A DNA stretch of 64,000 nt from the human T2T-CHM13v2.0 reference genome, Homo sapiens. This document shows, piece after piece, positions 43,825-61,874 of this stretch (positions are counted from its first letter, which is position 1; every line of letters begins with the position of its first letter). The notes below the pieces were generated by a model. That model did no database searches and was not told the origin of the DNA. It worked only from the letters and a program-made list of their open reading frames with translations. Made by a program: the position numbers and the translations under genes. Location: assembly GCF_009914755.1 (NCBI RefSeq), contig NC_060936.1. One strand, written 5' to 3'.

Positions 43825-43904
43825 TTATTATTTTTTTAAGTGAAAGCAAGTTTATTAAGAAAGTAAAGGAATAAAAGAATGGCTACTTCATAGGCAGAGC
43901 AGCC
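43825..43904 (-). mobile_element. 80-nt processed LTR fragment (MER41-like R region) with A-rich tail and 17-bp TSD
   Basis: Minus strand GGCTGCTCTGCCTATGAAGTAGCCATTC...TTAATAAACTTGCTTTCACT then A-rich tail; flanks CAGAAGCCTGGACTTTA (43808) and CAGAAGTCTGGGCTTTA (43905). Confidence 0.75.
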
Positions 43905-44101
43905 CAGAAGTCTGGGCTTTAAAGGAATCTTTCAAGCCCATTGACGGCAAGTCAGAAAGAAGAAACAGGCTGGCCTACTGTATCTTGGGAGTCACTGAAC
44001 TTCCAGAAACTGCACTGAGAGGCAGGCTTCTGTATTTTTTTCTCTCACACTCTAGCAGTACTGGTCTAGTGTAACATGCTGGGAAGGAGGGTGGCCAAGA
44101 T

Positions 44102-45132
44102 CAGGAGTCTGCACCTGATGGCTCATGGGCCAAATCCAGCCCACCACCTGTTTTTGTCAATAAAGTTTTATTGGAACACAGTCATGTCCATTTGTTTAGG
44201 TACTGCCTATGTCAGCCTCAAATAATCAAAGAGTTCGAGATCCAGCTAAAAGGGTTTATTGAAGCACAAAGTGTGAAGGCGGCTGTCTGGGGACACACAA
44301 ATCCCAGGAAATGGTGATCAGTGCTCCCAGTGTGGGGAAAAGTGGGGATCATTTATATGACAAAAACGGAGGTACTGAACAGAATTATAACATTTTCCAT
44401 ACAATGGCTAACATACAGATGTAAGATTTGATTGGCTACTATGGATTACACTCTTAGGGGGTTGCCTACCATTCTGTTGTAAAGAGGTAATAATCACAAG
44501 GATCTCTATCTCCAGTCCATTCAGCCTAGGTTTGAGGGAAGAACAGGGAGTCTGGTTAACGTGTAACATCTCAACACAAAGGTCAGGAAGCAGTGGCCAT
44601 GCGCCAGAGAAGAAAAGCAGCTGTGTTACATGACTGTTTCCAGCACTTTTTCCCTTGGCATAATGCATTTAGAAGGTCCTGAAATGTTATTTTCTTTTTA
44701 CATCTATGGCTGCTTTTGTGCTGCAGTGGCAGAGTTGAGTAGTTGCAACAGAGACCATGTGGTCCACAAAGCCTAAGATGTGGCCAGGCACAGGGGCTCA
44801 CACCTGTAATCCCAGCACGTTGGGAGGCCAAGGTGGGCAGATCACTTCACCCCAGAAATTCAAGACCAGCCTGGGCAACATGGTGAAACTCTGTCACTAC
44901 AAAAAATACAAAAATTAGCTGAGCACAAGGACATGTGCCTGTAGTCCCAGCTGCTCAGGAGGCCAAGATGGGAGGATTGCTTGGGCCCAGGAGGTCAAGG
45001 CTGCAGTGAGCCAAGATCATGCCACTGCACCCTAGCCTGACAGAATGAGACCCTGTCTCAAAAAAAAAAAAAAAAAAAGCAAGCCTAAGATGTTTATTTT
45101 CTGGACTTTTACAGAAAAAGTGCCAATCCTTG
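44102..45132 (+). mobile_element. MER58A-like hAT element with a nested ERV1 solo LTR and an Alu (44782-45078)
   Basis: MER58 motifs GGGCCAAATCCAGCCCACC, AATAAAGTTTTATTGGAACACAG and GAGTTGAGTAGTTGCAACAGAGACC; Alu TSD AAGCCTAAGATG. Confidence 0.75.
44210..44702 (-). mobile_element. ERV1-class solo LTR (subfamily not assigned)
   Basis: TG...CA termini; 4-bp TSD CCTA/TCTA; splits the MER58 element. Confidence 0.65.
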
Positions 45133-45215
45133 GTCTAGAAGTAATTATAATATAAATAAGCCCATCAAACTTTTATTAGGCCTGATTCTACCTGTGATTG
45201 AAAAGTAAACCACTC

Positions 45216-45700
<485 letters not shown>

Positions 45701-45881
45701 TTAAAATCATTTTGCTCAATAAGAACCTTGCAACAAATTTATATTGATGATGATAGTTTGAAGATACAGGAATCGGTTACTTCATTTAAATGCTGCAGCC
45801 TCATGAAAAATTACATTCATTCAGTAAACATAAATGCCTAATAGAGTACTAAGCATTGGGTAAAGCTACAAAGAATGATGA

Positions 45882-46228
<347 letters not shown>

Positions 46229-46335
46229 TGCGGTCTTTAATTTTTAATTAACTTTGATATGTTATACTGTGCAAGTTTTCTGGTTAGTTGTTATGCTGAT
46301 GAATTTAATAATTGTCTTACCTTTTTTGTTTCCAG

Positions 46336-46439
46336 CCTTGTCCTGCCAAGAAGTTACTGATGATGAGGTCTTAGATGCAAGCTGCTTGTTGGATGTCTTA
46401 AGAATGTACAGATGGCAGATCTCATCATTTGAAGAACAG
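46336..46439 (+). CDS. USP30: USP30 exon 4 (ALSCQEVTDDEVLDASCLLDVLRMYRWQISSFEEQ)
   Basis: Acceptor TTTGTTTCCAG, donor CAG|GTGAGT; 104 nt; frame continuous with exon 3. Confidence 0.96.
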
Positions 46440-48339
46440 GTGAGTACAACATTTGAACAGGTTTAGCTTGGAGAATCCTTTCCCCTAGTGACTTGGGGCC
46501 TGACCTTAAAATTGCCTGGCCCCAGTGTACATTTCTGTGACATTTTAGACAACTTTAGTGTTCTGGGACCAGAGTACCAACTTTGTTCCTGCTCTCATGA
46601 TCAGAGGGGAGATACAGCTGTTTTTCACTCAGTGGATGGAAGGTTAGCAGGATGGGACATAAACACACAGTTGCCAAAGAGCAAAATCTTTTTAGTTCTT
46701 GAGTGACTTGGCACTCCAATAAGTGATAGGGACACCTGGGTTCTTTAGAAAGAGGCAGGTGACTTTACCTTGGAGGCCCAGAGGTTTAGGTAAGATTTTT
46801 CTGGACCACACCCTCATTTTTTAAAAAATCAATCTTCGGAGCTTTGCTTAAAGTAGCCCGAAACCTCAAGCAGATGTCATATGCAATTTCAAGGCCGTAT
46901 TCAGTCACTCCCACCTCCCTTTTCCACAACTACAGCTTTGCTGCCTTTTTTGGAACTTGGCCACCCTCCTCCCCGCCAGACCGCTGTTACCAACAGCAAG
47001 TCTGAAGCAGAGGCCAAGAGAATGAAGTTCTAGAGATGAAAAAATCTAGCCCCCAGTGACATACAGGTGCATCCTCCACAGCCACACTTCCAAGATGGCC
47101 TTGTCCAGCTTCGTGTAGGCGTTGTCTGCCGCCACTATCCAGAGAAATGGGAGGCGGCATCTTGGACCTCCCAAAACTGTGGGGCCGACGTGAGGGGCAT
47201 CGAGAGACTTTTGGAAAGGGAGCTGGGGAGGCTTTCTAGCACCCCTTATTTTTAAAGGTGTTCTCTTGTTTTTGCTTTATTCTGAAGCCACAGGTCACTT
47301 TTTAGACATGGTGGTGGTATCTATACTTTCTTAAAATGTATCTCAGTTAATCCAATTGTATGTTGCAACGTTTTTCTATTTAGAAAATACTTTTAAAATC
47401 CTCCTCTGGTAACTGGAATTATTTATCTACATTTTACATTTCCCTAAACTGAGAGAATAACTTGGAGATTTAGTCACCAAGGACATCAGATAACTTTTTT
47501 AAGGTCCGACTTCTCCATCAAGGACTCACTTAGGTCCCAGTCACTCCTTGGAAGTATTTCCAACATCTTCAGCCCACAGCAGTCACTGAGCCCACATCGT
47601 GCTGTAGTCTGCAGGAAAAAGAGGTGAACACGTCTGTCCGGTGGCCTTTTTCTCTTTGAAGGTACCCAGAGCGTCTAGCATGGGCCTTGCCCACATCTTT
47701 ATTATCAGCGATCCAGTCAATCAGGAGCAGATTTTCCCTGATTGTCAACCCATTTTCTTTGTCTAAAGCTAGAGCTTCAGAGGATGCATTGGGCCAAAGG
47801 CTTGCTTTGTGCAAATTACCTGATTTTATTATCACAATAACCATGTAAGGAATTACTGTTGTCCCCATTTTACAGATGGAAAAACACTGAGGCTCAGAGA
47901 AGTGGAATGATTTGCCCAGAATCATGCAGCTATTTAAGGGGCAGAGCCAGGATTTAAGACAGTCTAGTGCTACAGTGCACATTCAAGCTCCCCCTCCTCT
48001 GCAGTGCTGTCCCTTTCCTTAAGGCCTAGTTGTTACATGGCTGACCCACGGTTTAGGTTATAGATCCACCTCCATCCTTTCTCGGATCTGCTTCAAGCCT
48101 GGGCCCAGATGCCTGGTGTGTGAGGGCTCCTTGAGCCTCCCAGGAAGTGCTGATTCTCCTCCAGGTTCCCTGCTTCCTGTTCATCTGTACAGGGCTGCAC
48201 CTCTGGTGTGCCGTTGGCTAATAGCTAGGCTGCCACACCTCCCCTGGATTGTGAGTCCCTCAGGGGCTAGAGCCTTGCCTTATTTATCTTTGAATCTCTA
48301 CTTCCACTCTACAGCTGCAGTTTTATAGCCCAGGAGGGA

Positions 48340-49450
48340 ATTCATTTATATAGGCAACAAGTATTTATTGAATGCCTGCCTGGGGTGGGGACTGTCGAGG
48401 GCAATGGAGTCGTAGCAGCAGACATGACTTGCAGGAGTTTCCTGCTCTCTTAGAGCTGGTATTCCAGTGGGGGATGAGGATAGCAGGCAGGGGTCGGTGC
48501 AGACAGTAAGCAGGGGATTTCAGGATATGCTAACAAGAAACTAGCTGGTGTAACATGGCATGGATAGGGAGGGCAGAGGAGGAGGAGCCAAGCTACAGGG
48601 GGAGACTGCTCCAGGTAGGGAGGCTCCTCTCAGGAGGTGAGGTTTCAGCGGAGACCGGAAGTATAAAAGAGAGTGAAGTGTGTGGACACCTGGGTACAGA
48701 GCATTCCAGACAGATGAAGAAGCTAGGGTATAAGTCTGGAGATGGTTATAAAGCTGCCACCTGTGGAGAATGGCAGGGAGGCCAGGGCGGGGAGGGCGGT
48801 GGAGGAGAGGGGCTGGCGAAGTTGGCAGGGAGCAGATTGTGCAGGGACTAGGAGGCTGCGGGCGGCATCAGCTTCTATTGTGTTTGCAGCGGGGAGCCAC
48901 TAGAGGACTTTGAACTGGGGACTGGTTTGATCTGACTTGTTAGAAAAGGAAGGCTGGAGGGGCAAGAATGCAAGCCGAGAGGAAAGGTGGGAGGCCGCTG
49001 CAGTTATCTGGCCGAGATGGTGTGGCTCAGACTGGGGTCGAAGCAGGGTAGCTGAGAGTCCTCAGGAATTTAGGGCGTATTTTGGAGGAGGGTCCTTTTT
49101 TCAGGACTGCTGCTGAATTGGCTGAGGGTGGGTTAGAGTTCAGAGGGGTGGAGGCAGCTTTGGATAATTGGTTGGGGAGTATGCCCTGTGGAGGAGCTCT
49201 TTTGGCAGAGACCTGAAGGATAGGAGGTAGCCGTGCGAAGGTCTGAGCACAGCCCGAAATGGGAATAAGCTGGATATGTTCAAGGAACAGCAAAGAGGCC
49301 AGGGGCCGGGACATTGTGAATGTTGGGGGCTTTGTAGGCCAGATAAGAATGGTAGGTTTTACTCTAGTAGTGGAAGCCATTGGAAAGCTAAAAGCAGAAG
49401 AGTAAAGCTATCTGCCTTTTAAAGTATTGCTCTGGTGGCAGTGTGAGGGG
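48340..49450 (-). mobile_element. L2 remnants in intron 4
   Basis: CAACAAGTATTTATTGAATGCCTGC 3' motif; GGAACAGCAAAGAGGCCAG; GGGAGCCACTAGAGGACTTTGA. Confidence 0.65.
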
Positions 49451-50423
49451 ACACCAAAGGAGAAGCAGAGGGCCTGTGTTGTGACCCCGTTACTCCCGGA
49501 AGAGTGAGGGGTGGCTTGGGTTTTTGGGGAGAGAGCCATTTGAGTTGATCCTTCAAGAGTAGTCCCATGCCATTGGATCCAGCAACCCCGCTGCTGGGTA
49601 CAAACCAAAAGAATTCAAAGCAGGGACTCAGTAGGGTATTTGTATACTCAGGTTAATAGCAGCATGTTCGCAATAGCCAAGGGGTAGAAGCAACCCAAGT
49701 GTTCATCGGCTGATAAATAGGTAAACAAAACTTTCATACAATGGAATATTATTCAGCCTTAAAAAGGAAGGAAATTCTGCAGTATGCTACAACATAGGTG
49801 AAGCTTGAAGACGTTATGCCGAGGAAAATAAGCCAGTCACAAAGACCAACACTGTATGATTCCACTTGTGTGAGGTTCCCAGAGTAATCAGATTCCTAGA
49901 GAGATAAAGAATGGTGGGTGCCAGGGGTTGGGGAAGGGGAAATGGGAAATCAGTGTTTAACAGATATGGAGTTTCAGCTGGGGAAGATGAGAAAGTTCTG
50001 AAGATGGATGGCAGTGATGATTGTACAACAACATGAATGTACTTAATGCCACAGAATCATTCATGTTAAGATGATAAATGTTATGATATGTGTATTTTAC
50101 CACAATTAACAAAAAACATAATCTTTTGAAATCGGAGTGGAGGTCAAGGCTGTCTCAGTGAAACAGAATGGTCTCATAGACTGCTGGCGTGAAGGCAGCC
50201 ACCTGGCTTTCTCTCCTGCTCTCTGCTCCTGGACCTCTTGCTTGAGGGTCTTCACTCGTGACAGTGTCCAGGACATAACTGTTTTCTTTAATGAGCTGGG
50301 CCTTGAGAAGGTAGAAAGCAAATTCTACCCACATTCACTGTAGGGTGTCTGCCCGAGGTGGGTAGTTCTGATCTTGCTCTTGCCTCTTCCAACCTCTCTA
50401 AAGAATGCTTTGCCCTATGACAG

Positions 50424-50522
50424 GATGCTCACGAATTATTCCATGTCATTACCTCGTCATTGGAAGATGAGCGAGACCGCCAGCCTCGGGTCACACATTT
50501 GTTTGATGTGCATTCCCTGGAG
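50424..50522 (+). CDS. USP30: USP30 exon 5 (DAHELFHVITSSLEDERDRQPRVTHLFDVHSLE)
   Basis: Completes the USP QQDAHE-type box (EQ|DAHE); acceptor GACAG, donor GAG|GTAAAC; 99 nt. Confidence 0.96.
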
Positions 50523-51116
50523 GTAAACCATTAATATTTCCAACACGTTCTGTGCAGCTTGTGCATATTTAATAAGTATAGGGGAGGCAAGTGTAATCTT
50601 TGTACAACTTTAAAAGTAAGATTCAGTAAAAATCAGTGGTGGGAATGAGGCCAGGGGAGGGTCTTAAAACTACATGCTTTGCAGTTGGTGATCTGATTAG
50701 GGATGTCAAGGCTCTTTCAAATGATTCATTGCTGCAATTTGTGTTGGCTTTGAGAATAAAGAATGTGTTATTTTTTCCTGTTTAATACAGGGGAACAGGG
50801 GCCATAGGAATGCTAAGTGAGCCCTCATTTCCCTGTAACAGTATAAATATCGGAGGAGTTGACAAAAGTTAACCAGTAAGGATGAAAATATTCTGGAGAG
50901 AAGAAATATGTTTCTATTGCATTTGATGAAAGAATATTCATAGTATCCAGCCAGATAGGCTAATTGAGGCTACCTTTAGAAACCTGAGCTTTGTTAAAAG
51001 TTGATTTTTAGTGGTGTAATCAACGTAGAAACTTGTAAGGTTTAGGGGTGGGGTGAGGGTGGTGAAAGGGATTATAGTAAGGTTTTCAGTCTGTTTTTTT
51101 TTTTTCTCCCCTACAG

Positions 51117-51162
51117 CAGCAGTCAGAAATAACTCCCAAACAAATTACCTGCCGCACAAGAG
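51117..51162 (+). CDS. USP30: USP30 exon 6 (QQSEITPKQITCRTR)
   Basis: Long pyrimidine tract then TACAG|CAGCAG; donor GAG|GTAGCT; 46 nt. Confidence 0.93.
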
Positions 51163-52249
51163 GTAGCTGTTTTCCATTGAAATATAACACATAAGATGTG
51201 GACTTTTAAGATATGATAATAATTTGCTTGTTTTAAAAAGATTTTTTTCTGGTGACATACAGGCCAGCTTGAAGTGTGATGTGCTTGCAAAGGAACTTGT
51301 ATTTTGGAAATAGCTTTAAATAGATTCTCTTGGTGTTCCCTTGCACCCCAGCCCAGCTGACTTTTCTTGAAACTGGCTTATTTGTACTTCAAACAAGGGC
51401 TTTCTTTTTACCTTTTTGAATTGATCCTGGGAAGAACATAATGAGCTGAATCTGTCGTGTCCTCAGCATTTCCAGTGCTGCCAAATTCTATTGCATATTA
51501 CCACAGTCATCCTTAGGAGGAAATTGTTGTTTTCTTAAGACTTAAAAAATAAGATTAGCATATTAATTCCTCTGTGTAGTAATAGGAACAAATATTTTTT
51601 GAGCCCATGCTGTTTGCCAGGCATTGCATTATCTCATTTAAGCCTCATAACAACTCTACAAAGTTGATGATACTGGAGTTAATGGGATAATAACTATCCC
51701 AATTTTCCGCACACTGAGGCTTGTAGAGATTAAAGGCATTCCCAGGTCAGGTAGTGAATAAGAAGCACAGCCAGAGCTGATCCCTGGGCTGCACAACTCC
51801 AGAGCCCAGGTTTCTCACTTATGTTCTTTCCATTAAACCCCATTCTAGCCAAAGAAAGGCCTAGTTATTCAGAACTTGCTTATTCTGTTTATTTCAGAAG
51901 ATTTTATCTCGCTTTATGGAATGTTCACTTGTGGTATCCTTCTTTTGACATCTCAAACATTTTAAGCATATGTTTGTAAAAAGACATTATTCAACACAAA
52001 TTCCTTTTTAAAATGTGGCTCTACCCATTATACAGAAACCGTATATAAAGATAGATCTGTGTAAATTCTCCTATGAAGGAATGGGATGTCTTTTGGATGG
52101 AAGTCAATGAGGAAAGCTATTTCAATGTACTTTTCAAGAATATTTTTTCTTAAGAGGTAGTTTCTACCACATGCTAGAAAGGAAGATGAATGTTGAGCTT
52201 GGTGCCAAAGGGCTAAAAGTGACATATCAAAAAACTTTTTGCATTCCAG

Positions 52250-52344
52250 GGTCACCTCACCCTACATCCAATCACTGGAAGTCTCAACATCCTTTTCATG
52301 GAAGACTCACTAGTAATATGGTCTGCAAACACTGTGAACACCAG
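52250..52344 (+). CDS. USP30: USP30 exon 7 (GSPHPTSNHWKSQHPFHGRLTSNMVCKHCEHQ), first CxxC of the fingers zinc site
   Basis: Acceptor TTCCAG, donor CAG|GTAAAT; 95 nt; F-x-G...CxxC pattern of USP fingers. Confidence 0.96.
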
Positions 52345-52779
52345 GTAAATACAATACCAACACTTGATATTTCCGGGAGAGGTTTTCCAAAAGTTAGGAT
52401 TCTTGAAAGGACCTAGAGAGTGGGCTGACATCGGTCACTGGTGTTAGAGACTACCTGGCCTCTGCACACTAGTGGACTGACTACCCCACTTTGGTCAGTG
52501 TCAGCATGTCATTTGAGGTCAGATGGCATCTTCTGCACCAAGGACAACAGACCCACTGTGGATTGGCAGGCTCTTGAGTCCAGTGGTTGAGTCTATGCTC
52601 ATGGTGGACACAGTAGATTCTAGGGCTGGTTTTTTCCCCTTTACTTTTGAGGTTTTAAAATAATATTTTATTATGGAAAATTTCCAACATCATACAAAAA
52701 GAGAGAATTGTACAACTGTCACCCCAATCCATTTTATTTTATTTTATTTTTTCACAGCCATTACTGACTCCGGGATCAG

Positions 52780-58700
<5,921 letters not shown>

Positions 58701-59480
58701 TTTATGTTTGGTAATTTTTTATTGTATGCTTAACATCATAATAGAGACATAGAGAGTAGGGATTCTGTTACATATCTATGAAGAAAAATTAATTTTCTTC
58801 TGGCCTGCAGTTAACCTGGCTGGGCTCAAACTCAACTCTGTCTCCCCTACATTGGGCAGCAAAATCTCTGCTCAGTTTTTTTAGCTTCCAGCTGCTACTT
58901 TTTGCCAGGCTCCCTGGAGTTTCCCCCTGTGCACGTGTGGTTCAGGGATCAGCCCTGGAATTGAACAGAGTTTAGGTATAAACTTTGGGGCTCATCCCCT
59001 CTGTGTCTCCTTTCTTCCTGGCATTTCCCCTGGTCTCTCCACCAGCCCTGATTCTTGAACTCTGTCGTCTGACCACTCAATCCTGTAGGATGCTGCTTTT
59101 CGCCACCCAGCACCACATCAACCAGGAAAAAAAGCCACAAACACACAAATCTCGCCCACAGAGTTCTGTTTTTCCAACAGTTGACTTCTTTTCCATTTCT
59201 GCCTGCTTTTGGTAGCTCTCCGTTCATTCAAACGGTTTTGTTTTGTTGCAAACTTTACAATTGTTATCTCAAGGAGGGCCAATCTACCCAAGCACCTCTG
59301 CCATCACCAAAAGCAGGAACTCTCTCACCCTACTTCATCGTCTCCTTTTTTGCAATGAATAATCTAACATGAACATCTTTCCACATGATCATATGTTCTT
59401 CTACATTTTGTTTAACATAGTGTTTCATTCTGTGGACATGCCATATAATTTATTAAACCATTTGCTAGAACTTCCAACTA

Positions 59481-59816
59481 CAGTCATGTGCTATATAATG
59501 ATGTTTTGGTCAATGACAAACCACATATATGATGGTGGTCCCGTAAGATTATAATACTTTATTGGTACGGTACCTTTTCTGTTTTTAGATACACAAGTAC
59601 TGCCCACTGTGTTACAGTTGCTTACAGCATTCAGTACGGTAACATGTTATACAGGTTGGTAGCCTAGGAGTAGTAGCTAGACAGTATAGCCTAGGTGTGT
59701 AGTAGGCTGCACCATCTAGGTTCTTGTAAGCGCGCTCTGCGATGTTTACACAATGATGACATCACCTAAGGATGCATTTCTCAGACTGTATCCCCATTGT
59801 TAAGTGATGCTGACTG
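59481..59816 (+). mobile_element. Tigger3a (MER7A-like) MITE
   Basis: TA|CAGTCATG...TGACTG|TA termini with TA TSD; GGTGGTCCCGTAAGATTATAATAC motif. Confidence 0.85.
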
Positions 59817-60145
59817 TATTCAAATTTTTGCTATTACAAATAATGTTGATGAATATTCTTGTAGTTATGCCCATGGTTATTTCCTTAAAAATCCCAAAAT
59901 TATTGCTGGGTCAGATATTTAATCTTTCAGTTGTTCCAAGCGATTCTTTAGTATTATTGTACCTCTTATGTGTACAAGGTTGTTTTAATATGTTTTAATA
60001 GAATTTTATTCTAAGTACATTATATTTTACTGTGTTAATGTTGGGCATCTCAATATTAAACTGTTTCATAGTCACATATCTTGCATCTTTAAAACTTTGA
60101 ACTAAGCCTAAATCGTTTCTGGATTTTCTGCAATATTTCTTTCAG

Positions 60146-60205
60146 AGTCCTGTTCGATTTGATACCTTTGATAGCCTTTCACTAAGTATTCCAGCCGCCA
60201 CATGG
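60146..60205 (+). CDS. USP30: USP30 exon 8 (SPVRFDTFDSLSLSIPAATW)
   Basis: Acceptor TTTCTTTCAG, donor TGG|GTATGT; 60 nt; F-x-x-LSL-x-IP USP motif. Confidence 0.96.
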
Positions 60206-60414
60206 GTATGTACTGATTTATGGTTTATTTGGAGTCTGTTTCAGAAACATTTCAATCTGAAAGGGCTTTGAGGCATTTTATGTGGCTCAGGCACTATGTG
60301 TAATTCAGATACATGGTTGGTTGAACCCTCTCTTAACTTTCATATGGTGGCATGATTATGGGAGAGAGGAAAATGAATCGTTTTTCTTTTGCTCCAGAAA
60401 TTTTGGCTTTTTGA

Positions 60415-60425
60415 ATACACACGCA

Positions 60426-60475
<50 letters not shown>
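60415..60475 (+). repeat. (CA)n microsatellite with (CG)/(CA) lead-in, intron 8
   Basis: ATACACACGCACGCATGCGCGCACACA...; ~60 nt of alternating purine-pyrimidine. Confidence 0.95.
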
Positions 60476-60479
<4 letters not shown>

Positions 60480-60744
60480 TTAACCTCAGATTGAAAGATA
60501 CCTAAAACAGCGTGGAAGTCCACAAGTTCGTGCAGTTACATCCTCATGCTCTAGAATCTGTCCGTAGTAGCAGTCTAGGGTGCTTTGAGCCCCATGTTTG
60601 TCCAGGAAACATCCAGTTGTGACTATAAAACTTTATTGCCTGCATACATCAAAATAAAGCTCTGGTCTTCACACTGCCATCTGCTAACAGTTTCAGTATA
60701 GCTGTCCTTTGAATTGTAGTAATTTTCTTCTTCTCATGCTGTAG

Positions 60745-60831
60745 GGTCACCCATTGACCCTGGACCACTGCCTTCACCACTTCATCTCATCAGAATCAGT
60801 GCGGGATGTTGTGTGTGACAACTGTACAAAG
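60745..60831 (+). CDS. USP30: USP30 exon 9 (GHPLTLDHCLHHFISSESVRDVVCDNCTK), second CxxC
   Basis: Acceptor GCTGTAG, donor AAG|GTATGC; 87 nt. Confidence 0.96.
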
Positions 60832-61474
60832 GTATGCATTGAACCCCAAATGTCATCGCCAGCTGGCCTGTGTGTGCTGATGTAGCGCCTCTCACACCAG
60901 TGACCCTGAGCTCTTCTGACTGTATCCAGTGGGTCTTTTCAGCCACTTCTACTTCTCCCTAATTTGGTTTGGACATTGGCAGCTCATGGACCAAATCTCT
61001 TTCCCAGATGAGTTTTGTTTCATGCACAGTGTTTAAAGAATAAACTGTCACGCTGAGATGAGAAATGCCCTCTCCAGTTTGCTGCAGTTGCCTCCAATCC
61101 CATTTGTTTTACACCCTTCCTTTTAACCTGTGCTACCTGCCTGACTCCCCTAAGTAACTTGAGTTTTCCCCTCTGACTCAAGAGGAACTGTATGGAACAG
61201 AATTTTTGAAGACAGAGAACAATTAATAGATGACATGCCAGTGTCAGAGCATCAGTGTTCGCTCTTCACATTCTCTTCCCTCCACTGTTTCTGTTATTTA
61301 ATGACTAAGAGGGATCAGGGAAAACAATTCACAAATAACTGGGCAGCTGGGTTCATTTCAGCAGGTAGCAGTCAAGTGCCAATTGTGTGCCGCTATAACA
61401 CCACTGTGGTCTGCAGCACTCCAAAGCTGTCCTATTTTAGGCATTGCTGCAGAGAAATGTTCCTTTTATTTCAG

Positions 61475-61555
61475 ATTGAAGCCAAGGGAACGTTGAACGG
61501 GGAAAAGGTGGAACACCAGAGGACCACTTTTGTTAAACAGTTAAAACTAGGGAAG
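61475..61555 (+). CDS. USP30: USP30 exon 10 (IEAKGTLNGEKVEHQRTTFVKQLKLGK)
   Basis: Acceptor TTTTATTTCAG, donor AAG|GTGAGC; 81 nt. Confidence 0.95.
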
Positions 61556-61654
61556 GTGAGCCCACACTACACACCCTGTTGGCTTTGTTTTGAGGACTCC
61601 GTGTATCCTGCCCCTGAAACAACTCGGTTCTCCCGATTTCTCTTCCACCCGCAG

Positions 61655-61874
61655 CTCCCTCAGTGTCTCTGCATCCACCTACAGCGGCTGAGCTGGTCCA
61701 GCCACGGCACGCCTCTGAAGCGGCATGAGCACGTGCAGTTCAATGAGTTCCTGATGATGGACATTTACAAGTACCACCTCCTTGGACATAAACCTAGTCA
61801 ACACAACCCTAAACTGAACAAGAACCCAGGGCCTACACTGGAGCTGCAGGATGGGCCGGGAGCCCCCACACCAG
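61655..61874 (+). CDS. USP30: USP30 exon 11 (LPQCLCIHLQRLSW...GPGAPTP)
   Basis: Acceptor CCACCCGCAG, donor CAG|GTGTGT; 220 nt; LP-x-x-L-x-IHL-x-R USP motif. Confidence 0.95.
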
